A stretch of DNA of 64,000 nt from an uncultured Collinsella sp. Its GTDB lineage: Bacteria > Actinomycetota > Coriobacteriia > Coriobacteriales > Coriobacteriaceae. Positions 43,953 to 56,097 of the stretch are shown here, one piece after another. Both the position numbers and the translations under genes were made by a program. Below the pieces are notes generated by a model. The model saw only the letters and a program-made list of their open reading frames with translations, had not been told where the DNA came from and ran no database searches. Every line of letters begins with the position of its first letter. The stretch's first letter is position 1. The stretch is taken from contig CAAFKO010000019.1 of NCBI GenBank assembly GCA_900763515.1, positions 1,684 to 65,683 on the forward strand, written 5' to 3'.

Positions 43953-45809
43953 TTACGCCGCCTCGTCGAACTGCGAGTTGTACAGATCGGCGTAGAAGCC
44001 GCCCTGGGCGAGCAACTCGTCGTGCGTGCCCTTCTCGACGATATCGCCGTCGCGAATTACCAAGATCACGTCGGCGTTGCGGATCGTGGACAGGCGGTGC
44101 GCGATAACAAAGCTGGTACGGCCCTGCATCAGCGCATCCATGGCGCGCTGGATGAGCTCCTCGGTGCGGGTATCCACGTTGGAGGTCGCCTCGTCCAGAA
44201 TCAGCGCCGGACGGTCGGCCAAAATGGCACGGGCGATGGTCACGAGCTGGCGCTGACCCTGCGACAGGTTGGTGCCCTCCTCGTTGATCATAAAGTCGTA
44301 GCCACCGGCAAGCGTGTGAATAAAGTGATCACAGCGCGCGGCGCGTGCGGCGGCTTCGACCTCGGCATCGGTCGCATTGGGGCGTCCGTAGCGGATGTTC
44401 TCGCGGATGGTGCCGTTAAACAGCCAGGTGTCCTGCAGCACCATGGCAAACTCGCCGCGCAGTGCCGCGCGGTCCCAGTCGCGCACATCGACGCCCTCGA
44501 CACGCAGCGAGCCGCCGTCCACGTCGTAGAAGCGCTGCAGCAGCTTAATGAGCGTGGTCTTGCCGGCGCCGGTGGGGCCGACGATGGCGATGGTCTGGCC
44601 GGGCTGCGCCTCGCAGCTAAAGTCGTGGATGATGATCTTGTCGGGCGTGTAGCCAAACTTGACATGGTCAAACACCACGTGGCCGGGGCGCTTCTCGGGA
44701 ATCTGCGCGTCGGCCTTCTGCTCCTCCTCGGGCGCGGCCAGGAACTCAAAGACGCGCTCGGTGGCGGCAGCCATCGACTGCATCGTGTTGCTCACGTTGC
44801 CCAGCTGCTGCACGGGTTGCGTAAAGTTGCGAACGTACTGGATAAAGCTCTGGATGTCGCCGGGCGTGGCATTGCCGGTCAGCGCGAGCTGCGCGCCCAC
44901 CACGACGACGCCCACGTAGCCCATGTTGCCCACCAAGCTCATAAGCGGCATCATCAGGCCCGACAGGAACTGCGAGCGCCAGCCACTAATAAAGAGGCGG
45001 TCGTTTTGACGGTCGAACTCTTCAATCGAGGCCTCGGCGCGGTCGAACACCTGAATGACGTTCTGGCCGGCAAAGTCCTCCTCGATAATGCCGTTGACGG
45101 CGCCCAGAACCTGCTGTTGCTCGCGGAAGTACGGCTGCGAGAAGTGAATCATCACGGTCAAGATAATCGCGGCGGCCGGCAGCGTGAGCACGGTGACGCC
45201 GGTAAGCGGCAGGCTGATCGAAAGCATCATGACGAGCACGCCGATAATCTGCGTCACCGACGTGATGAGCTGCGTCACGCTCTGGTTGAGCGACTGACCC
45301 AGCGTATCGACGTCGTTGGTGATGCGGCTGAGTACGTCGCCCTTGCTGTGGCCGTTGAAGTAACTCATTGGAACGACAGCGATCTTGGCGGCGATCTCCT
45401 TGCGCATGCGATAGCAGATCTTTTGCGTGACACCGGTCATGAGCCAGCCTTGGATCAGGCTGCAGACAGAGCTCGCCAGATACAGACAGAGCAAAAAGCC
45501 GAGCGTCTTGGCGATCCAGTCAAAGTCAACGTCGCCGGTGCCGTTGACCTTGGCGACCAGGCCTTCGAACAGTTTGGTGGTAACCTGGCCGAGCACCTTG
45601 GGTCCCACAATATTAAAGATGACCGAGCACACGGCAAAGGCGACGGCGGCAAACACGGCAATCTTGTGCTGGCCGATATACCCGAGCAGCTGCCTCATGG
45701 TGCCCTTAAAGTCCTTGGCCTTTTCGCCACGGCGCATGCCACCCATGCGGCCCATGGGACCACGCTGGCGGGTGGGCTTGGGAATCTGAGTCTTGGTCTC
45801 GTCTGCCAT
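43953..45809 (-). CDS. ABC exporter, fused TMD-NBD half transporter (second subunit)
   Basis: 618 aa. Six N-terminal hydrophobic segments, Walker A GPTGAGKTT, signature LSQGQRQL, Walker B LILDEATS. The start overlaps the upstream stop (TAATG). Confidence 0.88.
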   Translation of the reverse strand: MADETKTQIPKPTRQRGPMGRMGGMRRGEKAKDFKGTMRQLLGYIGQHKIAVFAAVAFAVCSVIFNIVGPKVLGQVTTKLFEGLVAKVNGTGDVDFDWIAKTLGFLLCLYLASSVCSLIQGWLMTGVTQKICYRMRKEIAAKIAVVPMSYFNGHSKGDVLSRITNDVDTLGQSLNQSVTQLITSVTQIIGVLVMMLSISLPLTGVTVLTLPAAAIILTVMIHFSQPYFREQQQVLGAVNGIIEEDFAGQNVIQVFDRAEASIEEFDRQNDRLFISGWRSQFLSGLMMPLMSLVGNMGYVGVVVVGAQLALTGNATPGDIQSFIQYVRNFTQPVQQLGNVSNTMQSMAAATERVFEFLAAPEEEQKADAQIPEKRPGHVVFDHVKFGYTPDKIIIHDFSCEAQPGQTIAIVGPTGAGKTTLIKLLQRFYDVDGGSLRVEGVDVRDWDRAALRGEFAMVLQDTWLFNGTIRENIRYGRPNATDAEVEAAARAARCDHFIHTLAGGYDFMINEEGTNLSQGQRQLVTIARAILADRPALILDEATSNVDTRTEELIQRAMDALMQGRTSFVIAHRLSTIRNADVILVIRDGDIVEKGTHDELLAQGGFYADLYNSQFDEAA

Positions 45810-48175
45810 TAGCGCTCGCCTCCTTCCATGACGGCTGCAATTTCTTCTTGGGTAAGCCCCAGCTCCTCGGCGGAAAGCTGCGACTGTGCGATCTCCAGGT
45901 ACGCCGGGCAGCTGCGCAGCAGCTCCTCGTGCGTGCCGGTGCCCACTACGTGGCCGTCGTCGAGCACGATGATCTGGTCGGCGTGCATGATGGTCGCGAT
46001 GCGCTGGGCCACGACCACGAGTGCGGCGTCGGTAACGTTTTTGGCCAGCTCCTCGCGCAGGCGCGCGTCGGTCTTATAGTCGAGGGCACTAAACGAGTCA
46101 TCGAACACCACGACCTCGGGCTTTTTGGCCAATGCGCGGGCGATGGCCAGACGCTGGCGCTGACCACCCGAAACATTGGAGCCGCCCTGGCTGATGGGGG
46201 AGTCGTAACCGCCCTCACGCTCGGCGATAAAGTCCTCGGCCTGTGCGATGCGCGCGGCCTGGCGCATGTCATCATCGCTCACCATGTCGCCGGCAAACTT
46301 GAGGTTGCTCTCGACGGTGCCCGAGAACAGACGCCCCTGCTGCGGGATGTAACCAATGCGGCGGCGCAGCTCGGAAAGGGTCATGTCGCGCACGTCGATG
46401 CCGTCGAGCGAAATGCTGCCGCCCGTGACGTCGTACAGGCGCGGAATCAGCTGTACGAGCGTGGACTTGCCCGAGCCCGTGGAGCCAATGATGCCGAGCA
46501 TCTGACCGGCATGCGTGGTGAAGTTCACACCGCTAATGACGTCGGCGCGGGCATCGGGGTACTGGAAGCTTACGTCGCGGAAGGTGAGCTCACCGCGCGG
46601 CGAGCTGGCCGCGGGCAGTTTGGGCGAGGCAGGGTCGTTGATGCTCGTGGGGCAGGTGATGACCTCATCTACGCGCTCGGCTGCGACCTCGGCACGGGGC
46701 AGGATGACCGAAACCATGGTGAGGATCATAAACGCCATGACGATCTGCATGGTGTAGGAGATAAACGCCATCATGTTGCCGACCTGCATCACGCCGTCGG
46801 ACACGCCCTGCGCGCCAAACCAGACGATAAGCACGGTGATGCAGTTCATGACGAGCATCATGAGCGGCATCATAAAGCTCATGGCTCGGTTGGTGTAGAG
46901 CTGCGTGGTCATCAGGTCGAGCGACGCCTTGTCAAAACGTTCGAGCTCATGTTCCTCGCGGTTGAACGAGCGGATGGGCATAAGGCCATCGAGCAGCTCG
47001 CGGGCGGTAAGGTTCACGCGGTCAACAAAGCTTTGCATCTTTTTGAACTTGGGCATGGTGAGGCCCATAAGCACGCCGACGACGGCCGAGACCGCGATGA
47101 TGGCAACGGCGATGGTCCACTCCAGGCCGGTATGGTTGGCCAGGACGCGCATGACGGCGACGATGCCCATGACGGGGGCCATCAGACACATGCGGATAAA
47201 CAGAGTTGCGGCCATCTGGATCTGCTGAATGTCGTTGGTGCAGCGGGTGATGAGCGAGGCCTGGCTAAACTTGCCCACCTCGGCCGGCGAGAAGTGCATA
47301 ACCTTGTTGAAGGTCTCGCGGCGCAGGTCGCGGGCGATGGAGCAGGCGGTGCGCGAAGCCACGGCACCGGTCAGGATGGTGGCGACGAGCGACACGAGGC
47401 ACAGTCCAAACATCGTGGTCGCCATGCGGCTCAGGTAGGCGTTCTGCACGTCGGCGGGGTCGATGCCCTGCGCCTTGTACTCGTCCTGTACATAGCTCAC
47501 GGCGCGCTGGGTGACGATGGAGCCCGACATGGAGCCCATTTTGTCCGCCATTTGGTTGGCGCCCTCGACGAGCTTGCTTTGGTCTACCAGACCGCCCTCG
47601 ACACCCAGGCGCAGGCTCTTCATAGTGATCTTACCGCCGTCGGCATCAATCTGCTTTTGCATGTTCTGCGCCGCCGCGGCCTTCTGCTGCATCTCGGCGA
47701 GCTGCTCGGGCGTCATCGCTGCCATTTGCTCGGGGGTGGGCATGGCCTGGGCAGCGTTGTCGTCTTTCTCGCTGGACGAGCCCATCATGTCGCCCATGGA
47801 GTTGGCGTCGATGCCCTGGTTGAGCGAAAGGACAACAGTCTCGGGCAGGCTCATAATGTCGGCAATCTTGCCTCCATCGGCACGCTCTTCCTCGGTGCCC
47901 TCGTACGTTCGAATGTCGTTTTTGTCAGCCTTGCTAAACACGGCCTCCACAGCCTTGGCGTCCTTGGCGCTCATAAAGAGTTCGAGGTCGTCGAGCGATT
48001 CGGCGCGGATGGTGTCGGGTACGGGCGACGCGATGCCGCCTTGCTGCACACCCACGTCGACGATGTCGCTCATATAGGTAGGCAGCGCCAGATCGGCGTT
48101 GCAGCTGATTACGATAAGCACGATAGCTGCGAACAGTGCCAGGACATGCTTTTTAAAGAGCTTGAGAATCCTCAC
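45809..48175 (-). CDS. ABC exporter, fused TMD-NBD half transporter with about 200-aa insert after TM1
   Basis: 788 aa. Walker A GSTGSGKST, signature VSGGQRQRL, Walker B VVFDDSFS. Residues about 45-245 are hydrophilic and lie between the first two hydrophobic segments. Confidence 0.85.
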   Translation of the reverse strand: MRILKLFKKHVLALFAAIVLIVISCNADLALPTYMSDIVDVGVQQGGIASPVPDTIRAESLDDLELFMSAKDAKAVEAVFSKADKNDIRTYEGTEEERADGGKIADIMSLPETVVLSLNQGIDANSMGDMMGSSSEKDDNAAQAMPTPEQMAAMTPEQLAEMQQKAAAAQNMQKQIDADGGKITMKSLRLGVEGGLVDQSKLVEGANQMADKMGSMSGSIVTQRAVSYVQDEYKAQGIDPADVQNAYLSRMATTMFGLCLVSLVATILTGAVASRTACSIARDLRRETFNKVMHFSPAEVGKFSQASLITRCTNDIQQIQMAATLFIRMCLMAPVMGIVAVMRVLANHTGLEWTIAVAIIAVSAVVGVLMGLTMPKFKKMQSFVDRVNLTARELLDGLMPIRSFNREEHELERFDKASLDLMTTQLYTNRAMSFMMPLMMLVMNCITVLIVWFGAQGVSDGVMQVGNMMAFISYTMQIVMAFMILTMVSVILPRAEVAAERVDEVITCPTSINDPASPKLPAASSPRGELTFRDVSFQYPDARADVISGVNFTTHAGQMLGIIGSTGSGKSTLVQLIPRLYDVTGGSISLDGIDVRDMTLSELRRRIGYIPQQGRLFSGTVESNLKFAGDMVSDDDMRQAARIAQAEDFIAEREGGYDSPISQGGSNVSGGQRQRLAIARALAKKPEVVVFDDSFSALDYKTDARLREELAKNVTDAALVVVAQRIATIMHADQIIVLDDGHVVGTGTHEELLRSCPAYLEIAQSQLSAEELGLTQEEIAAVMEGGER

Positions 48176-48621
48176 TCGGCATCTCTCCTTTCTTGATTGC
48201 GGTCGATAATTTCGTTGGCACGTCTAAGAAGACGCACCATCTCTTGGGTATCTGTTTCGCCGAGCTGCTCGAGGAAAGCCGCGGTGCGGTCCTCGAATTC
48301 CCGGCGTTTGATTTCGAGATCCTGGAATCCCTTGTCGGTCACTATGACGTGTACGCGACGACGGTCAGTCTTTGAGTGCTCGCGCTCGACCCAGCCCTTG
48401 GCCTCGAGGGCGCGTAGGATATTGGCGATGCGGGCACTCGAGACCCAGGCGCGATCAGCGAGTTCGCTCGGCGTGAGCGAACCGCCGGCGAGTATGAGGG
48501 CGCGCATGACGGCCATCTCGCCGCCGAGGGCTTTGTCCGCAAAACGCGAAATGCGCTGATGCATGCTGCCGAACTCGGAAAGGAGCTGACGCCCAAGTTC
48601 ACGGAAATCGGTATCTTCCAC
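48172..48621 (-). CDS. MarR-family transcriptional regulator
   Basis: 149 aa. The winged HTH is LTPSELADRAWVSSARIANILRALEAKGWVEREHSKTDRRRV. It overlaps the exporter gene by 4 nt. Confidence 0.88.
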   Translation of the reverse strand: MEDTDFRELGRQLLSEFGSMHQRISRFADKALGGEMAVMRALILAGGSLTPSELADRAWVSSARIANILRALEAKGWVEREHSKTDRRRVHVIVTDKGFQDLEIKRREFEDRTAAFLEQLGETDTQEMVRLLRRANEIIDRNQERRDAE

Positions 48622-48911
48622 CGAAAACCCCTAACACTAGAAACTATTTTCGGTGAAAGATGATACCCCCGCTCAACCATCCCATTCGGTGGATTTCTAG
48701 GCATGTCCCAAAAATCTACTTGGCCGCTAGGCAATATTAAGAGTGCATTAAGACTTAAAATCATTCAATTGCTGAAGCGTTTCAAAGAACTATTATGCCC
48801 GCGGTTAGGCGAGGGGTTGTCACCACCATGACGACTGGGACTCATATAATCGCCACGTGCGATGCTCCAACTTCCCGCGAGGAGACACCTTATATAAAGG
48901 GGGATGGAGTC

Positions 48912-49661
48912 ATGGCATTTGACTTCACGGGCAAGACCGCGATTGTCACGGGCGGCACTCAGGGCATTGGCCTCGAGATCGCCAAGGGCATCGTCGCGGG
49001 CGGCGGACATGTCGCGCTCATCGCAAGGAACGCTGCTAAAGGCGAGGCCGCTGTGGCCGAGCTTGGCGAGGGAAACAAGTTCTATCAGCTCGATGTCGCC
49101 GATGCGCCCAAGGCGCGCGAGACCGTCGAGCAGATTTTTACGGACCGGCCGCAAACCAATATCTTGATTAACTGCGCTGGCGTCATCAGCACCAAGAAGT
49201 TCGACGAGATCGATGACACCGAGTGGCGCCGCACCATCGACATCAACCTCAACGGTACCTTTACCATGATGAACGCCGTCTACCCGCACTTTAAGGCGGC
49301 CCATGCCGGCACTATCGTCAACGTAAGCTCTGTTGCTGGCAAGATCGGCGGCGGCCTGCTCGGCACCGCTGCCTACGCGAGCTCCAAGGCCGGTGTTAAC
49401 GGTCTAACCAAGGCAGTCGCCAAGGAAGGCGGCAAGTTCGGCGTCCGCTGCAACGCTGTGTGCCCGTCGCTCACGTTGACCGATATGACCTCGATTCTCT
49501 CTGACGAGAACTCTCAGCGCATCATCAACGGTATTCCTCTGGGCCGCGCCGCCCAGGCCAGCGAGCCTGCGCAGATGGTGCTGTTCTTCGCTTCCGACCT
49601 CGCCAGCTTCGTGAACGGCGAGATCGGTGACTGCGACGGCGGCATCGTCCTGGACGGGTAA
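48912..49661 (+). CDS. SDR-family oxidoreductase
   Basis: Start MAFDFTGKTAIVTGGTQGIG has GGGGATGGAG upstream (the ORF is open from 48795). TGxxxGIG and the catalytic YASSK are present. Confidence 0.85.
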   Translation: MAFDFTGKTAIVTGGTQGIGLEIAKGIVAGGGHVALIARNAAKGEAAVAELGEGNKFYQLDVADAPKARETVEQIFTDRPQTNILINCAGVISTKKFDEIDDTEWRRTIDINLNGTFTMMNAVYPHFKAAHAGTIVNVSSVAGKIGGGLLGTAAYASSKAGVNGLTKAVAKEGGKFGVRCNAVCPSLTLTDMTSILSDENSQRIINGIPLGRAAQASEPAQMVLFFASDLASFVNGEIGDCDGGIVLDG

Positions 49662-49680
49662 TACCCCGCGATGATTATTC

Positions 49681-49720
49681 GGCGACGGCTCCTGCGACTC
49701 GGGACCGTCGCCTTCTTTCT
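49681..49720 (+). terminator. Terminator-like hairpin after the SDR gene
   Basis: The stem GGCGACGG/CCGTCGCC is followed by TTCTTTCT. Confidence 0.55.
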
Positions 49721-49769
49721 GACATAGGCGCGTGCGGCTACGATTCGCATGCATCCAAAGGAGATATAT

Positions 49770-50789
49770 ATGAGTGAATCGACTGCGGTGGAGGCGCCGG
49801 CGGCAAAGGAGCCGTTCTTTAAGATGTCCTCCATCCCGGGTGCCAATATTTTGGTGCCGCTTTTGCTGGGCTGCCTGCTCAACACGCTATTCCCCGACCT
49901 GTTCAAAACGCTCGGCAGCTTTACGCTTGGTATGACCCAGCAGGGCGCAGGCCCGCTCGTGGGCGCCTTTTTGCTCATCGTCGGTACGACGATTTCGTTT
50001 AAGAGTGCTCCTGCCGCCGCTGCACGCGGCGCCATCATCATCGCCGTCAAGCAAATCGTGGTCGTTGCCGTGTCGCTGCTCATCCTTTATGTGTTCAACG
50101 ACAACCTGTTTGGCATCTCTGCCATGGTGATGCTGGCGGCTTGCACCGGCGCCAACAACGCTATGTACGCTGGTCTGATGGGCACCATGGGCAATGAGGC
50201 CGAGCGTGGCGCCGTCGCCATCACCACGCTGGTTGTCGGCCCTCCGGTCACGATGATCGTGCTCGGCGCTGCCGGTCAGGCTCCGATCGGCTGGTCGCTC
50301 GTGGGCGCCATCCTGCCGATCGTCGTCGGCATTATTCTGGGCAACCTCTTCCCGAGCTTTAAGAAGATGATGGCACCGGCACTTTCCGCCATCATCGTGC
50401 TCGTCTTCTTTGCCATGGGCTCGACCATGACCTTCGGCCAGCTTATCAATGGCGGTCTTCCCGGCATCGTGCTTGGCGTGATTTGCTCGGTAGTCTTTGC
50501 AATTCCCGTTATCGCGGTCGATAAGCTCACGGGCGGTACGGGTGTCGCAGGTGCGGCCATTTCGAGCTGCGCCGGAGCCAATGTGGCCACGCCTGCTGCC
50601 ATGGCAAGCGTCAACGAGGCCATGTACGGCGGCGCCGTGCTCGCGACGGCTACGGCACAGGTTGCTGCCTGCGCAATCGTGACGGCTATTTTGACCCCGC
50701 TGGTCACCAGCTGGTGCTACAAGCATTTTGAGGGCCAGGGCAACGGCAATAGCAAGGCAACGACCGACAAGGCCGCCGCAGCCGCCTAA
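49770..50789 (+). CDS. kdgT: 2-keto-3-deoxygluconate permease family transporter
   Basis: AAGGAG RBS. IPGANILVPLLLGCLLNT, GAGPLVGAFLL and TGGTGVAGAAISSCAGANVATP parallel the KdgT family. Confidence 0.8.
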   Translation: MSESTAVEAPAAKEPFFKMSSIPGANILVPLLLGCLLNTLFPDLFKTLGSFTLGMTQQGAGPLVGAFLLIVGTTISFKSAPAAAARGAIIIAVKQIVVVAVSLLILYVFNDNLFGISAMVMLAACTGANNAMYAGLMGTMGNEAERGAVAITTLVVGPPVTMIVLGAAGQAPIGWSLVGAILPIVVGIILGNLFPSFKKMMAPALSAIIVLVFFAMGSTMTFGQLINGGLPGIVLGVICSVVFAIPVIAVDKLTGGTGVAGAAISSCAGANVATPAAMASVNEAMYGGAVLATATAQVAACAIVTAILTPLVTSWCYKHFEGQGNGNSKATTDKAAAAA

Positions 50790-50827
50790 TGCCAAGCGGC
50801 AATCAAAGCTAAAAACTAGCTACGCCA

Positions 50828-50870
50828 CAGGGCGGCCACGGGGGATCCCGTGGCCGCCCTGCAGTTTCTG
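50828..50870 (+). terminator. Rho-independent terminator after kdgT
   Basis: The 15-bp stem CAGGGCGGCCACGGG/CCCGTGGCCGCCCTG is followed by CAGTTTCTG. Confidence 0.65.
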
Positions 50871-50959
50871 TAGGGTCTCTGAGACACTTTACCCTGCTAA
50901 AGCTGGCATAACAGCTAGAGCGAACGTCGTACAAAGGCAAGGAAAAATAACATACAAAT

Positions 50960-50972
50960 CGGTGAACGGTAG
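50960..50972 (+). promoter_or_regulatory. CGGTGAACGGTA motif upstream of pflB
   Basis: CGGTGAACGGTAG. Confidence 0.45.
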
Positions 50973-51255
50973 TTGTTCGCGCTCGCATTTCCTGCGGGTT
51001 TGTAAAAAACGCCCTTATGATATAAAAAAAGAAACATATAACAGCCCAGATGGAGAGGGTCGCTATGTTATCCTTCTCAGACGGGTGAAATCTTGGGTTT
51101 TGGGTTGTAGTTCCAAGGTGGACAAACGTTTTCTCTGCATCAGCGTGTGGTGAAGAACGGAAGAAGCCGGTAGTGCAAGCCGAAAATTCAAGAATTCAAT
51201 AAGCAGCGGTGTGAGAGAGCGCCGCATTACACGTAACTAGGAGCGTGGTTACACA

Positions 51256-53307
<2,052 letters not shown>

Positions 53308-53392
53308 CTATTGTTAGTGCTATACTAACAATAACGATTACTGATTAGTGCGCCGGTTTCGGCCGGCGCCTATTAATCGAAGGAGACACATT

Positions 53393-53644
53393 ATGAAGGT
53401 TTCTGAAGTTTCCGAGACCCAGGCCGATAACCTGGTCCACATGCTCGACGCTTACGCCGAGAAGGGTGGCCACCACCTGAACATCAACGTCTTCAACCGT
53501 GAGACGCTGCTCGACGCTCAGGCTCACCCCGAGAAGTACCCGCAGCTGACCATCCGCGTTTCCGGCTATGCCGTGAACTTCCACACGCTCACCAAGGAGC
53601 AGCAGGACGAGGTCATTGCGCGTACCTTCCACAACAAGTTCTAA
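53393..53644 (+). CDS. Autonomous glycyl-radical domain protein (PflB C-terminal domain / GrcA-like)
   Basis: 83 aa. AGGAG (53381-53385) lies 7 nt upstream of the [58 protein letters not shown] equals the PFL glycyl-radical segment. Confidence 0.85.
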   Translation: MKVSEVSETQADNLVHMLDAYAEKGGHHLNINVFNRETLLDAQAHPEKYPQLTIRVSGYAVNFHTLTKEQQDEVIARTFHNKF

Positions 53645-53666
53645 AGGGGTTTAACTCCCGCAGGAT

Positions 53667-53795
53667 CGCCGGGCCGCTTTGGGTTACTTTCCAAAACGTC
53701 CTCGGACATGCAAAGGGCTCCGCTGCGCGCTTCGCGCGGCGGAGCCCTTTGCGTCCTGCGGAATGTTTTGGAAAGTAACCCAAAGCGGCCCGGCG
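53667..53795 (+). repeat. Compound palindromic element E2 (conserved-core family)
   Basis: 31-bp outer stem CGCCGGGCCGCTTTGGGTTACTTTCCAAAAC / reverse complement. Core TCCTCGGACATG (53699-710), inner stem CAAAGGGCTCCGC/GCGGAGCCCTTTG, apical TGCGCGCTTCGCGCG, core TCCTGCGGAATG (53754-765). Confidence 0.8.
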
Positions 53796-54080
53796 GGGGT
53801 CCTGTGTAGTCACCCTTTGGGCGGAACTCTCCTCATGGGTTGAGCGTTCTGGATACTTGCTTGCTACCGCTTACCGCATATAGCGACCGTTTGCGGAATA
53901 AGTAACCCTCTTTAATAAACCGTATGGAATCCTAGATAAGCACGGAGTTTTCCAGGGAGACGCTGTCCTTTGTTGTGTGCAAGGGACGGCGTCTCTTTGG
54001 CGCTTGGACGCTGTTGTGCAGCAGTGCGGCGGCGCGTGCCATGTATTGAAAAGCCAATGTTGAGATGGGTCGTGATAATA

Positions 54081-54935
54081 ATGGGCAAGTACGTAATCGT
54101 GGTTGAGTCTGGGTCGGATGTGACGCCGGAGCTCTGCGAGCGCTACGGCATCGTGCGCGTGCCCATGCATGTCACGATTGGTGACGAGACCGTCGAGGAC
54201 GGTTCGATCGATCCGCTCGAGATTTATTCACGCTGCAACGAGTTTGGCGTAATGCCCAAGACCAGCGGCTGCGCGCCTGCGGATTTTGCTCACGTGTACG
54301 ACCGTATCCACGCCGAGCAGCCCGATGCGACCATTCTGCATCTTGCGTATTCCGAGGCCACGACCTGCTCGCATCAATCATCGAAGATCGCCGCCAAGGG
54401 CCGCGACTACGTCTACTCCATGGACACGCGTTTTGTCTCGGTGGGCCAGTCGCTCGTTGTCGTCGAGACCGCCAAGTATATCGAAGCCCATCCAGATGCT
54501 ACCGTCGACGAGATCTTTGCTTTTACGAATTCCGTCATGGACCGCGTGCTGCTGGGCTTTGTTCCTACCGACCTAGTCTTCCTTAAGGCGGGCGGTCGTC
54601 TGTCCAACGTGGCATTCCTTGGCGCCCACCTGTTCAAGATTAAGCCCTGCATTGAGGTGACGGGCGGCAAGTTCGTGGCAACCAAGAAGTTTCGCGGCTC
54701 TATGCTCAAATGCGCCCGTGCCTTTATTGACCACATGGTTGCGAAGGGCGAGATTGACTACTCGCACATTGGCCTGGCGTATTCGGTAGGTCTTTCCCAG
54801 GAGCTGCGCGACGACATGGAAGTCTATGCGCACGACCTGGGCTTTAAGGACGTTACCTGGACTCAGGTCGGCGGTGTCATCTCGAGCCATTGCGGCCCGA
54901 CCGCCTTCGGTGCGGTGCTCACGCTTAAAGCGTAA
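54081..54935 (+). CDS. DegV-family (fatty-acid-binding) protein
   Basis: The start MGKYVIVVESGSDVTPE is typical of DegV (the ORF is open from 53970). 284 aa. Confidence 0.8.
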   Translation: MGKYVIVVESGSDVTPELCERYGIVRVPMHVTIGDETVEDGSIDPLEIYSRCNEFGVMPKTSGCAPADFAHVYDRIHAEQPDATILHLAYSEATTCSHQSSKIAAKGRDYVYSMDTRFVSVGQSLVVVETAKYIEAHPDATVDEIFAFTNSVMDRVLLGFVPTDLVFLKAGGRLSNVAFLGAHLFKIKPCIEVTGGKFVATKKFRGSMLKCARAFIDHMVAKGEIDYSHIGLAYSVGLSQELRDDMEVYAHDLGFKDVTWTQVGGVISSHCGPTAFGAVLTLKA

Positions 54936-55100
54936 GGCCTGGCGTCTATCGATTTCTATTGCCTCGGCGGCGGGCGGGTTGCGACAACCTTCCCGCCGCT
55001 CTTGCGTAGGGCCAAATAGAACAACCCAATTGACCGCTAAACCGTTTCGCCATCATGCATATGGGCTAGAATGACTCTGGCATTTATGTAGCTAAAACCA

Positions 55101-55940
55101 ATGAGAGGCAAGGTAGCGGGAATGGCTGAAATGACGCTCGAGGGTGTGGACGCTCGTCCCGAGGACTCTGCGTTTACCCTGGGCCGCGTGCATTCGATTG
55201 AGACGATGGGAACGGTCGATGGACCCGGCATCCGCTTTGTGGTGTTTGTTCAGGGCTGCCCCATGCGTTGTGCGTATTGCCACAACCCCGATACCTGGTC
55301 GGTTAACGGCGGCACCATGGTGACCGTCGAGCACCTGATGGACGAGTTCCAGAGCAACCATGAGTTTTACCGCAGCGGTGGTATTACGGTATCCGGCGGC
55401 GAGCCGCTCCTGCAGCCTGAGTTTTTGGCCGACCTGTTCCGCGCCATGCACAACAACCCTGATGGTCGCGTGCATACCTGCTTGGATAGCTGCGGCTATG
55501 CGTTCGATCCCACGCATCCCGAGAAGTTCGATGCCGTACTCAACGAGACCGATATGGTGCTGCTCGACATTAAACACGCCGATCCCGTCGAGCATAAAAA
55601 GCTGACCGGTTGCGATCCCGCACGTATTCTGGCGTTTGGTGATGAGCTCGCGCGTCGCAAGATTAAGGTTGTTATTCGCCACGTGGTAGTGCCGGGTATT
55701 ACCGATACGGTTGAGGAGTGCGAGGCACTCGGTCGTCTAATCGCCCCGTGGCATAACGTGGTCGGTCTGGAAATGCTGCCGTATCACACGATGGGTGTCG
55801 TCAAGTACGAGCAGCTGGGGATTCCCTATAAGCTCGAGGGCGTTCCACAGATGGATACCGCGCGCATGCCCGAGCTGCGCAGCGCCGTCATGACGGGCAT
55901 GAAAAAGCGCCGCGCGGAACTCAAAAACGCCATCGGCTAG
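55101..55940 (+). CDS. pflA: Pyruvate formate-lyase activating enzyme (radical SAM)
   Basis: GRVHSIETMGTVDGPGIRFVVFVQGCPMRCAYCHNPDTW matches the PflA N-terminus and CxxxCxxC cluster. The start is ambiguous (ATG 55101, 55122 or 55131). Confidence 0.9.
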   Translation: MRGKVAGMAEMTLEGVDARPEDSAFTLGRVHSIETMGTVDGPGIRFVVFVQGCPMRCAYCHNPDTWSVNGGTMVTVEHLMDEFQSNHEFYRSGGITVSGGEPLLQPEFLADLFRAMHNNPDGRVHTCLDSCGYAFDPTHPEKFDAVLNETDMVLLDIKHADPVEHKKLTGCDPARILAFGDELARRKIKVVIRHVVVPGITDTVEECEALGRLIAPWHNVVGLEMLPYHTMGVVKYEQLGIPYKLEGVPQMDTARMPELRSAVMTGMKKRRAELKNAIG

Positions 55941-55960
55941 CGAGTCATTTTCGCCCCCAA

Positions 55961-55995
55961 GGGCACTCATTGGGGACAGACTTAAATGAGTGCCC
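55961..55995 (+). repeat. Hairpin with GGGGACAGA loop (copy E) after pflA
   Basis: Stem GGGCACTCATT/AATGAGTGCCC, loop GGGGACAGACTTA. Confidence 0.65.
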
Positions 55996-56030
55996 CCGGG
56001 CACCAAGTTGATTGCCAAAGAGCCCCGTCA

Positions 56031-56097
56031 AGTTGCGGTGGAATAGTTCTTGTTTTTCGGCTTATGCCGCCCAAACAGGAACTATTCCACCGCAACT
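56031..56097 (+). terminator. Long hairpin after pflA
   Basis: The 25-bp stem AGTTGCGGTGGAATAGTTCTTGTTT / AAACAGGAACTATTCCACCGCAACT (1 mismatch) is followed by GCGTTTTGG. Confidence 0.6.
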
